Assembly: GCA_964016885.1 (NCBI GenBank)
Contig: OZ024740.1
Coordinates: forward strand, 211,544,001 to 211,608,000
Length of the DNA: 64,000 bases
Direction: 5' to 3'
Source: Eledone cirrhosa
Lineage: Eukaryota
Shown: one piece after another, positions 38,223 to 49,422 of the stretch
Numbering within the stretch: the first letter of the stretch is position 1
Layout: each line of letters begins with the position of its first letter
The notes under the pieces: generated by a model
The model's database searches: none
Seen by the model: the letters and a program-made list of their open reading frames with translations, nothing else
What the model was told of the DNA's origin: nothing
Position numbers and translations under genes: made by a program

Positions 38223-39044
38223 GTATTTACTATTTTTTCCCATTTGGTTCTGGCTCCTCTATATACTCTGATTTTATCTCTCTGATTGTAACCAGAGAAC
38301 TGCATACGGTGGATGAAGTGTTGTATGTCTCTCTCTAGTTCTTTGGGGTTGCACATGCGGGACACGTTTCTCATCACTCGTACCAAATCCGCAATCAGTA
38401 TGTTGATTTTGGTGTGATCCGAAACAGCTGAGTTTCGGTGGATCAGATATTTGGAAGTCATGGGTTTGGCATAATGGGAATGGAGGATTTGTTTTTTGTT
38501 ATTAATGGTTTCTAACCAGAACTCTGTGTCTAGTACAAGTAATCGATGGTTGGGGTGTTTGCTTGGGTAGTCTATAGTAACTCTAATACTCTGGTGGATG
38601 GAGTTAGCTATTTGCTGGATGCTTTCCATGGTGTTTTTCTCTAATTCCTGACTGTTCTCTAGTGGGGTGTTTTTACTACGATGTTTATATCATCAACGTA
38701 GCGGGAGTACATTATCAGGGTTAAGAGGTTGCTGTCACCAATGGCTGCTCCCTCCTCTTGGGCATATGTTTTTCCATTAAATTTGAACATATGTTCCTTA
38801 AGGGTTAATTTTATACTGGCCCCCATCGCATGTGCAATCATTTTCTTTAGTTCATCGTGGTTTTCGGGGTTCCGTATGGCTCTGGTCCACCCGTTCCATC
38901 TTTCTGTGCGGGTTTTCTTGGCCATTGAGGTAATGGTAGGTGGTCTGCCTCTTGCTGGTCTTGTAGGGCACAGGTTGCTAAGGTTGCTAAGGTCATATGT
39001 ATTAAAACCTGTGCCCTACAAGACCAGCAAGAGGCAGACCACCT

Positions 39045-39655
39045 GGCAAGAAGCCAGAGAAGATTACTAATGTAGGCGGAAAGCCGCTAGAATTGGTTGA
39101 GTACTTCTTGTATTTGGGAGCAACGATTGGGAATACGGAAGATGATCTGGTCGAGAGGAAGAGCAAAGCCCGGGCGGCGTGCCACAGCTTGAGATCGGTG
39201 TGGAAGTCGGACCTTCGTAGAGACCTGAAAATCCGCCTCTTCATTGCTGTAGTGGAGTCTGTGCTGCTGTATGGGTCTGAGACTTGGACACTGACCAAGA
39301 AACTCACTCAGATGGTGGATGGGTGCTACACGAGAATGCTGAGGATGGCTCTGAACATTAATCAGTATACACTGAGGATGAAGAACTCAGAGCTGTACGG
39401 GAGCCTCCCAAAAGTCAGCTCAAAAGTGACACAGAGGAGACTGAGGTTATCTGGACATGCTCACCAACATCCAGAGTTGACACTGCACTCACTGCTCCTG
39501 TGGGATCCCCTGCATGGACACACTGGAAGAGGAAGACCGAGGTTAACGTATGTTGATGCCCTCAGGACAGACACAAGACATGGCAGCGATAATGAGGGAC
39601 AGCGACCGCTGGAGAGAACTCGTCCATGGATCTCGGGAATTTTACCCGCCCTAGA
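39045..39655 (+). mobile_element. RTE-clade LINE (family 2) 3' fragment
   Basis: FLYLGATI, VLLYGSETWTL, RLRLSGH, GRGRPRLTYVD. Confidence 0.9.
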
Positions 39656-39934
39656 TATATATATATATATATAGAAAGGTTACATAAAATATACATATAT
39701 ATATATATGTATGTATATATATATAAAGAATGAACGGTTCATTCTACTGACATGGCTTTAAAAATTAGGCTTGTTTGCATAATTGCAAACGGAGTTCAAA
39801 TCTCCCCGAGGTTCACTTTACCTTTCATGCTTACGGGGTCGATAAAATAAAGTTCCAGAAATGTACTGGGTAATTGCTGGCCTTGTGCCAAAAGTAGAAA
39901 CAATTATGAATATTCGAAAAACTCAGATTACATT

Positions 39935-39977
<43 letters not shown>

Positions 39978-40025
39978 AAAGTGTACATCCAAACGAAACG
40001 AAATTTAATTTCGTTTCGTTATTTG

Positions 40026-40063
<38 letters not shown>

Positions 40064-40101
40064 TGAAAGCAGCGATTCTTTGCTTAAACTTTAATCTGTT
40101 A

Positions 40102-40142
<41 letters not shown>

Positions 40143-40192
40143 AATGTAATCTGAGTTTTTCGAATATATATATATGTGTGTGTGTGTGTGTA

Positions 40193-43100
40193 TCTTATAT
40201 ATAAAGTGAAGTTGGGCGTTGTTTGTTTGTTTGGTGTCCCGAACTTGCAGGCTACACCGTTCATCCGATTTTCATGAAACTTGACACATATATAAAACTC
40301 AACCCGTATATTGGAATAGGCTACTTGAAATTTTCGAAAAATCGATAAAGAAGCCAAATATCGATATTTTCAAAAATCGTCCGATTTCGATAAAACTCGA
40401 CACAAGTGTGTATTTTGATCCGGGGATGAACCTGGGTTACATTAAATTTTCGAAAAAACGATAATTGGATCACCAGAGGCAAAAATCGATATTTACGAAA
40501 TTTGTCCGATTCCAATGAAATTTGACGCAGGTATTATTTTGATGCGGGGATCAACGTGGGGTATTTGAAATTTTCAAAAAATCGATAATCGGACCCCCCA
40601 GAGGCAAAAATCCGGCAACCGAAAAACGCCATTCTTCTTGCTTCCATTTGTCGCAACTCCCGCCATGCCCAAAACGTTCAATCAATCAGAATTATCCACC
40701 GTAAGTCTCTTTAAATTAACGCTCACCATATTCAGCAAACCTTTTATGCCGATTCTTCCATTTCTTATATAAGGACTATCAACACTATACCGCCGCGCAT
40801 CAACCTGTATTGCGCCCAGTCTTCTCAAGCTATCATCGAGCCTCCATGCGCTCTCTTCATTCCCGTGGTCCCACTACCGTAGCATAATGAGACATCCGTC
40901 AACTCCAGCCCTCTCCCTTCCCTGCACGCCGTCGACCGACTGCATCATTGTGCATCACCATGCGCATCTCTGCTCTGTCAGTCGCAATTCATTCCCCGGC
41001 CCTTTCCATTGCCTGCCCTCCATGGTCCCTAAGGACTGCCACGGCTCAACATGCCGAGTCCCTGCCACCGTCCACCCCTGCCCATTTCCATTGCCTACAC
41101 TCCGGGAGAGCTCAAGACTTCCATGCCTGACCAAGCCGCATCCCTGCCACCGTCAACCCCTGCCCTCTCCCTTCCCTGCACGCCGTCGTCCCACTGCATC
41201 GTCATGCCACACCATGCCGCATTACTGCCCTGTCGGCCACCATCCCATCCTCAGCCCTTTCTTTTGCCTGCCCGCCATGCTCCTTCAAGACAGCCATGCC
41301 TAACCAAGCTGCATCCCTGCCACCATCAAGTCCTGCCCTCTCCCTTCCCTGCACGCCGTCGTCTCGCTGCATCGTCATGCCTCACCATGCCGCACCCATG
41401 CTCTGTCAGCCGCCATGCCCTCCCCTTCCCTCTCCCTTACCTGCACGCCTTGATCCTTCACGAGTGCCATGGCTCACCATGCGGAATCCCTGCAACCGTC
41501 AATCCCGGCCATCTCCCTTCCCTGCACGCCGTCGACCCACTGCATCGTTATGCCTCACCATGCCTCCATCCCCTCCTCAGCCCTTTATTTTGCCTGCCCG
41601 CCATGCTCCTTCAAGACTGCCAATGCCTAACCAAGCCGCATCCCTGCCACCGTCAACCCCTGCCCTCTCCCTTTCCCGCACGCCTTGGTCCCTCACGACT
41701 GCCATGGCTCACCATGCGGCATTCCTGCCCTGTCAGTAACTTGCTCAAATGTCATCAGCATGGTTTATTCCTGCGCCGCACATAACCGCCCATTATCTCA
41801 GACCAAAGACAACACCGAACATGAAGACGATCTTGTGTAAGTCTTTTTACATTTATTTTGACCATATTTAACAAAATTAAACAAAAAATCATCCCTTTCT
41901 CCTCCAAAGCCTACCGATCATGTATGGCCGATAAACATCCTGCCTTGCACCCGGTTTTCTCAAAGAATCATCGTGCCTCCCGGTGCTCTCTATATTCCCG
42001 AGGTGCAACTCAATTGGCATGCCGCATCCACGCCCTGTCAGCCGCCATGCACTCTGCCCTTTCCTCATGCCTCATCATGTTGCATCCCTGCCCTGTTAGC
42101 CGCCATCCACTCCCCGACCCTGTAAACTGCCTAGGCATGGCAGTCTTGAGGGACTAAGTCGCATTCCTGCCACCGTCAACCCCTGCCCTCTCCGTTCCCT
42201 GCACGCCGTCGTCCCACTGCATCGTCATGCATCACCATGCCGCATCAATGCTCTATCAGCCGCCATCCCCTCCTCAGCCCTTTATTTTGCCTGCCCGCAG
42301 TGCTCCTTCAAGACTTCCATGGCTCACCATGCGGCATCCTTGCCACTGTCCACCCCTGCCCTCTTCCTTGCCTGCTGGCCGTCGTCCCACTGCATCGTCA
42401 TGCCTCAGGATGCCGCATCCATGCACTGTCAGCCACCATCCCCCTCCTCGGCCCTTTCTTTTGCCTGACCGCCGTGCTCCTTCAAGACTCCCATGGCTAT
42501 CTATGCCGCATCAATTCCTTGCCACCCGCTTAAACGTCATCAGCATGGCTTATTGTTGCCCCATTTGACCACCGATTTTCTCAGGCTAAACACAATACCA
42601 ACGTGCACGATAGTCCATGGTAAATCTTTTTATTACATGTTCATCATGCTAAGCAAAGGATGAATAGCAACTCTTTCATTTCTCCTGACCTGCCTTTCTG
42701 TCAATTATGGCCGAGAAGCATCCTGTGTAGCATCGCGTCTTCTCAAGCGATCAGCGCGCCTTCCACTGTCCTCACAATTGACTCACAACGCCGCATCTAT
42801 TCCCTGCGACGCCCCTAAACATCATCAGCATGGCTTATTTTTCTGCCGCGTTTAACCGGCCCTCATTCTAGACCATAAACAACAAAACCGCACGATGATG
42901 CTGCGTAAGTCTATTTAAATTAATGGTCAACATGTTCAGCAAAACAATTGTACCAATTTTTCCTCTTCACCTCCAAGGCTTATCCATTACATCTTAGAGG
43001 TCGGGATTCGCAATTTCTACGATTTCAATATTGACACAACAGTCCGTCAGGTTTTTCGGCACATGTTGCTCCGATAGGAATATCAACGTGATTTTCACTT

Positions 43101-44178
43101 AATTCGTAAGTGTTCAGTCTTCCGTATGCTTTTATTTTTTATTGATACAACACCGACTACAATCATCTAACTTCACTTTGTACGCTAGACGCGAATCACA
43201 AGGAAAACAATCCTCTGATATACATCCTATTCATCCCCACCAAATTATTTGGTCTACCTAGATTTCAATGGCTATATCCTTTGCTTTTGTACGGTTGTAC
43301 ATTTGACAATGTCGCAAAACATTATTCCACTTGATTCTTACCTTTCAGCTATGAATTGGGCAGTGCCTTAAAATCCCGGTTTATTTGCGTGCAATTTTTA
43401 GATATCTTATGAATGGAGAATCGAAAACCTTTGCTCCATGGATGTTTGTGGACTATTTTTTCAAAATACCAATATCACAGATTGGAGCACAAAAAGAAAC
43501 GTTTGTTCTTCATTTATTTCGGTTAAAGCATCCTGCTGGAATTTAGCGCAGACCCGTTTAGATCCAGCGCCTTATAACCCTGAGTGTAACCAGGTACACC
43601 AGCTAGAAAGACAAGATTTTTCACCTATAGCAAATTTACCGGAAAGGTTTTTAGCTACTCAAATCTACTTCAGAGGTCACGCATTCATGTAAAAAACCAA
43701 TAAAACTGAAGCGGGGGTTTGACTTTGCGCAAAAACAAGGCAAAGTTGCACATGGGAAAACTTTTTACAGGAGCGTCCAATTTTCTTGAAAACTGTCGCA
43801 AAAGACTCGCCATTATGCCGCGGTTCAGATAAAGTCCCCTTTATTTCTTCTTCTGCACACGTGAGCGCGAAAATTGTAAAAAAAAAAAAACTGAAAAAAT
43901 CGACTTTTTCACCCTGCTTTAAAAATCAACTGAAAATTCAATTTCAAGTAAATTTGAATTCCGTCAGTCGTGCAAAGAACAATTTCAACGATACACTGTG
44001 AACCTACAATTGATCCATTATTTATGCTCAATTACACACCTGCGTCTACTAACCTCTGTTTTTTTCCTTGAGGTTCGAAGGTTTCTGCACCTGTGATGCG
44101 CGGGAAGTAACTTTCACACATTTTAACAACAGAGCAAAGGTCGACTTACACCCGGGCAACGCCGGGTACTTCTGCTAG
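40193..44178 (+). mobile_element. Non-autonomous Helitron-type element
   Basis: A|TC start (TCTTATATATAAAG), ~120-bp subterminal repeats 40260-40620, 3' GC hairpin CCCGG-GCAACG-CCGGG then CTAG|T at 44175-44179. Confidence 0.72.
40885..42560. repeat. GC-rich degenerate tandem repeats inside the Helitron
   Basis: Recurring CCCTGCCCTCTCCCTTCCCTGCACGCCGTCG..CTGCATCGTCATGC and TTTGCCTGCCCGCCATGCTCCTTCAAGAC blocks. Confidence 0.85.
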
Positions 44179-44321
44179 TATATATATATATATACATACA
44201 CTGAAAAGAAGGTATGCTATAACTTATGTCAAACAAATTTTTGCATCCCCGAAATATATATAACGAAATAAATAGTGATGTTATAAAAGTATATCTTTCG
44301 TTTATTACTATTTGGCAGGAT

Positions 44322-44780
44322 CTCGCCGAGGTTAACTTTGCCTTTCATCCTTACAGGGTCGATAAAATAAAGTACCAGTAATGTACTGGGTAATTGCTGG
44401 CCTTGTGCCTAAAGTAGAAACAATTATTATGCCTTCTAGTAAGTCTGTTGAAAGGTGGGTGAAAGTGATGAGTCTGGTCTGAGTGAACGGGCCCGCTCTG
44501 AGTATGCGCCTGTAGACTGAGGAGTGGAAAACTGAGAGAGGGCGCTTACCCTGGTGGTCAGTGTGGCCGTGGTCTTTTGTGTGGTTTTCGCCACGAGTGA
44601 CCCTTGGAAGTTTCCCCCTATTGTGGAATTTTTGTTGTTTGAATATTTTTTTATATTTCTATCTTCTTATAACCGTTTTTACACGACCAAAACCCACTTT
44701 GTATCGTCCTGTACCGTCTGAATGTTTTTCTTCATGTTAGCCCTTGTGGCCAATAAAGAAACCATTATTATTATTATTAT
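44322..44780 (+). mobile_element. SINE 3' half (44322-44430) followed by Tx1 family B 3' fragment (44432-44780)
   Basis: SINE core and (TTA) tail; 44432-44780 aligns to 48893-49230. Confidence 0.85.
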
Positions 44781-47700
44781 TGGTCTGTTCGGAGGTCTTT
44801 TTGCTCGCTCCCAGTAAGTCGCTTTATTATTTGTTGTTAAATTGTTCTTGTTGTGTAAGGGATATAAGCCATTGGACTTTGCCCTGTGAAGGAGAAAGTA
44901 TAATATTTTGGCCTTTTGGCCCAAATATTTGAACATTTTACTTACAATATGTCTGCTGTCGTGTGACAACGGCGTAAAAGTTGGGAGGAGGGTTACAGAA
45001 ATTGATACATCAAAAACACCACCACAAACAACGTGAACAAAGACAGCAATGACAACAACACTGAGAACACTAATTAAAAAAAAATTACAACACCAATTAC
45101 AACAATAACAGCGACAACCAAAATACAGACAATAGAAAAAATGACAACAAATGCAACAACGATATTAACACCACTAACAAGAAAATAAACAACGACAACA
45201 CCAACAGCAACAATACAAATTGCACCGAAAACAACAACAGCGGTGGCACCAAAAACACAACCAACTACAACAGTGATAACAGCAACAACACCAACAATAC
45301 CGACCGTTTGTAGCAACAACAACAAGACCAGTAGCAGCAGTAGCGGCAGCGATAATGGCGCCGCTGAAAAAGGGGCCACTTCTTTTGCAGGTGTGGCCCA
45401 AAATATAGAAACAGTGCTAGTCACGGAGGAGGAGATGGCAGTCGCAATGGCCATGGTGACAAGAAATGACAATAAAGTTTCCCTGAAAGCTCCACCCGAT
45501 TTTTCAAGGACCAGCAGCTACGAACGGTGACTTACCGCACCGTAAGCAAAATGTCACATTGGGTGAAGAGAGCCACGGAGGCTCAAATCCAAAAGGCCTT
45601 GGGGTGCGTCTGGGCGCGCAAAACCCACATGACCAGAGGCAAAAAGTATGCCACAGTAGACGTACTTTTCGCCACCCCCAAGAGGCGAAGTCTCACTATT
45701 TGGAAACCCTAAAGAGTGAGGAGATAGTCTTGTTGCCCTCCTACTGCGGGCAGCAAATTATGAGGGTCAGAGTGACCCAGGTCCCGTCCGACGTGCCCAT
45801 ACCTTGGCTTGCTGCGTCTGTACTTGCTGGAATCGAGGACAGGACCACCATACTGCAAATTCAGACAATGGGAAGAGAGAACTGGTCAGGTATAGGCATG
45901 CAAATGCTAATACAAACTGACCAGGAGTGCATTGAGGCCATCCCAGATATCATAGACCTCGAGGAAGGAATCCAACTTCCTATAAGCGTGGTAGGAAGGC
46001 GCCCAAAGTGCTATCTCTGTGGGCAAAAGGGTCACCTCAGGGCCTTCTGCCCGCAGAAGACAGCCAAGAAGATCCCCCCTCCTTCCAACGCCTGATCCGC
46101 TGTTACCAAGAGGAGAGCAGGCAACAGAGGCAGAATACCCTTCTATGGTGAGTAGGAGGGCAACGTCCGTGGTACCCATACCAAGGCCACGGACAACTAA
46201 AACAGCGGCAGTAGTGGCGGCAACACCAACAGTCGCAGTAGCTACACCGGCGGCAAAATCGCCGGAGCGGGCTCCACTACCACCACCAACAGCCGTGGAG
46301 CTCATACCCCTCCCAGACGCTACAGAATCCGACATGGAGTATGAGGCGGGAAAGAAGTGGCAAAAGGTCTGCCACAAAAAACAAAAACGAAAGAACCACT
46401 TAGCTTCGCCCTCCAAAAACGAGGACAAACAAGGTGTTTTACCCTGAAAAGGGCTATTAGAGTAGAAGCGATAAGGTTTAGCAAAGGAGTAGTGATTGAC
46501 GGAAATAGAGTAGAGGGAGAGCTAGTTGGAAAGCTAGAAGAGGCGTTTAGGACAGGCATCGCAACCGACGTGCTTGCGGCGAGATTGGCACTCGACCAAT
46601 TCTTCAACGCAAAGCATGAAGGATGCGTTATCAGAGCTAGAGCGCGTGCTCTGAAACACGAGGGGACGGAAACCGTTCAATGGGCCCGGGTGGTAAAAGC
46701 GCGACATGGCAACAAGTCCACAATTCGGTTTTTGCCTGATCAAAACGGACACATGTTGCTCGAACCCGAGCAGATGTGGGCGGCTTTTCAACAGCCCTTT
46801 GCTCAATTGTTCGGGAGCGGCGGCGAGTCGGATCGGAGTATGGACTTCGGTGCATACCTCGACGGACTGCCGCGGCTCTCGACGACCGCAGCGCAGTGCA
46901 GCGAAAAGCCGATAACAGCAGGTGAAATTCGGGAAGCGATGTCTGACTGCATGAGGGGTAAATCGCCAGGTTTGGATGGTCTGCCCTACGAGCTTTATGC
47001 GTACATGCCAGACTTGTTCGGCGACCTCTTGACAGATGTCTACTGCAACTGGCAGTTTTGTGAGCCGGTGAGCGGTGGCGCTGCTGAGATAAGACCCGAA
47101 CAAGGGGGACGTTATAGATAACTTCAGGCCCATAATTCTGCTAAACGCCAAGGTGTTAGCAATGAGATTGGCGCTTGTCGTCGGTGATCTGGTGGGAGAG
47201 GCGCAGATATGCGCCATTCCGGACAGATCCATCCACGACAACCTCCATCTCATGCGATACATCATAGAGATGGTGATTAAGGAACCTGGCACGGGTGGGG
47301 CCCTGATTAACTTGCATCAATCTAAAGTATTTGATAGGGTCGACCATCGGTACCTGGTGGCGATCCTCAGGCGGCCGGCTTCGGGCCCGCTTTTAGGGGC
47401 TGGATCGCTGCGATGCACAGCGACATCTGCTCGATTGTAAGGGTGAATGGTCACCTGTCACAGCATTTCAGCATCATGCGCTCAATCCGCCAGGGTTGCC
47501 CTCTCTCGTCCCTCTTGTAGGTACTGGCCCTAGAGCCGTTACTGCACAAATTGGAGACGTTGAGGGGGGCCCCTCGCGAACTGGGATGCGGGAGATCCGT
47601 GTCGACTTACGTCGACGACGTCACCGTGGTGGTATCGAGCACCAAACACGTCCAGATGGTCAGCACCTCTCTCAAGGAATACGAAGCGGTGACAGGAGAA

Positions 47701-49231
47701 AAAATAAACCAGGAAAAGTCGGTGGGCTTGCAACTCGGCACCTGGAGAGGCAAGTCCATACCGTCCGACAGCGTCGTGGAGCACTGGACGGAAGGACCGG
47801 TTAAATTGTTCGAGGTCTGGGTCGGTCCGGACCTCCAGATGGAGAAAAACTGGAGCGAGGTGACGAGCAGGGTGGCCTCTCTCACCCAGAAATAGGCCGA
47901 GAGGAAGCTGTCTCTGAAAAGCCGGGCGGAGGTCGCGAATGCGTACCTCGCGTCCGTCATCTGCTCCCGCCTGACCGTCGTACCTTGCCCCCGCCCAACT
48001 CTGACCAAAAAGGAGCTCCTTCTCTTCCGCTTTTTGTGGAAGGGACGTGCTCCCATGGTCAGACGATTCATTTGCTGTCAACACCCGTTGCGTGGAGGAC
48101 TAGGCATGCCGTGGCTGATGATGCGCAAACATGCGCTGAGGCTACGACATCTCTGGTGCTTCCTTGACGGTGAACAGGCGTGGTCGCCGTTTGCCAGACG
48201 CGCTTTTCCCCAGCTCGTCTTCTTGACGGAGCTGCAGTCCTGGATCAGGAAAAGACCGAGGGATAGCGCTTGGAAGCTGGAATGTCTCCAAACGCTCACC
48301 GCCCTCTACCGGCTGGGCACTAGTATCTGTGGAACATCCACCTCGGCGTTCTATAGAGGGCTAGTGGAGGGAAAGAGCGACGATGTTTTCTGGGAGACCC
48401 TGGGTGTCGAAGACAATCAGCTGTTCGCTCTCTTCAAGAGAACTTTCAGACCGGGTCCTATAGACAACTTCCAGAAATCACTGGCCTGGCAGTGCTACCG
48501 GGGAGCGTTGCCGGTTCGGGATAAGCTCTACAGGAACGGAGGTGCTGTGAGCCGAGCCTGTTCGAGATGCGCGGAGGGTGACGAAACCGTCCTGCACGCA
48601 CTCGTTCAGTGCCCGAGGGTTGCTGACTTGTGGAGCTATGTCGAACAGCTGCTGTCGCGTGTAGGACGGATCCGGTTATCGACTGAGTCCATTGTGCAGA
48701 TAGCCCCGCCATCCTCCTTTAAAGAGGAGGAGGGCAGGCAGTTTTCATCTGCCTGGTGACCATGGCGAAAGAGATTGTGTGGTGGACAATGCTGAAAGGG
48801 TTGAAGACGGACACTTTCCTCTTCAGCCAATCCCTGATTAACTTTTCTAGTTTCACTTGAAGAGGAAAATCAGGGTGGAGAGGCAAGTGCTGTCTTCTAG
48901 TAAGTTTGTTGAAAGGTGGGTGAAAGTGACGAGTCTGGTCCGAGTGAACGGGCTCGCTCTGAGTATGCGCCTGTAGACTGAGGAGTGGGAAAATTGAGAG
49001 AGGGTGCTTGCCCTGGTGGTCAGGGTGGTCGTGGCCTTTTTGTGTGGTTTTCGCCACGAGTGACCTTTGGGGAATTTTTGTTGTTTGAATTTTTTTGATT
49101 TCTAGCCCAATTTTGTTATAACCTGTTTACACGAGCAAAACCCACTTTGTATCGTCCTGTACTGTTCTGTCTCTAATGTTTTTCTTCGTGTTATCCCTTG
49201 TAGCCAATAAAGAAACCATTATTATTATTAT
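44781..49231 (+). mobile_element. Tx1/L1-clade LINE (family B): 5' UTR, ORF1, internal deletion removing the endonuclease, degenerate RT, 3' UTR
   Basis: ORF1 zinc knuckle CYLCGQKGHLRAFC; jumps at ~46440 to LKRAIRVEA; KSPGLDGLP, TYVDD, ETVLHALVQC; (TTA)n tail. Confidence 0.9.
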
Positions 49232-49422
49232 TTGGCAGTATCGGTAGTGGGTCGGACGCCATGCTTTGACGTATAGAGTTACGGCCCTTGCCATTCTGAG
49301 TTCAAATCCCGCCGAGGTTAACTTTGCCTTTCATCCTTACGGGGTCGATAAAATAAAGTACCAGTAATACACTGGGTGATTGCTGGCCTTGTGCCTAACG
49401 TAGAAACAATTATTATTATTAT
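49232..49422 (+). mobile_element. Dominant tRNA-derived SINE
   Basis: A/B boxes, core and (TTA)n tail as at 38035. Confidence 0.9.

Larger units (their letters stand above)
36932..39000 (-). mobile_element. Penelope-like element (Naiad-like), 5'-truncated: RT, thumb, GIY-YIG, 3' UTR; interrupted by a SINE
   Basis: YAQEEGAAIG, YSRYVDDINI, LLVLD, HYAKPMTS..SA, VYIGETARSIGERLNEH; ends at (TA)n. Confidence 0.9.

Noticed and set aside
40887-42568. Pro/His/Cys-rich ORFs
   Set aside because: Overlapping open frames from GC-rich degenerate repeats; no recognisable domain.
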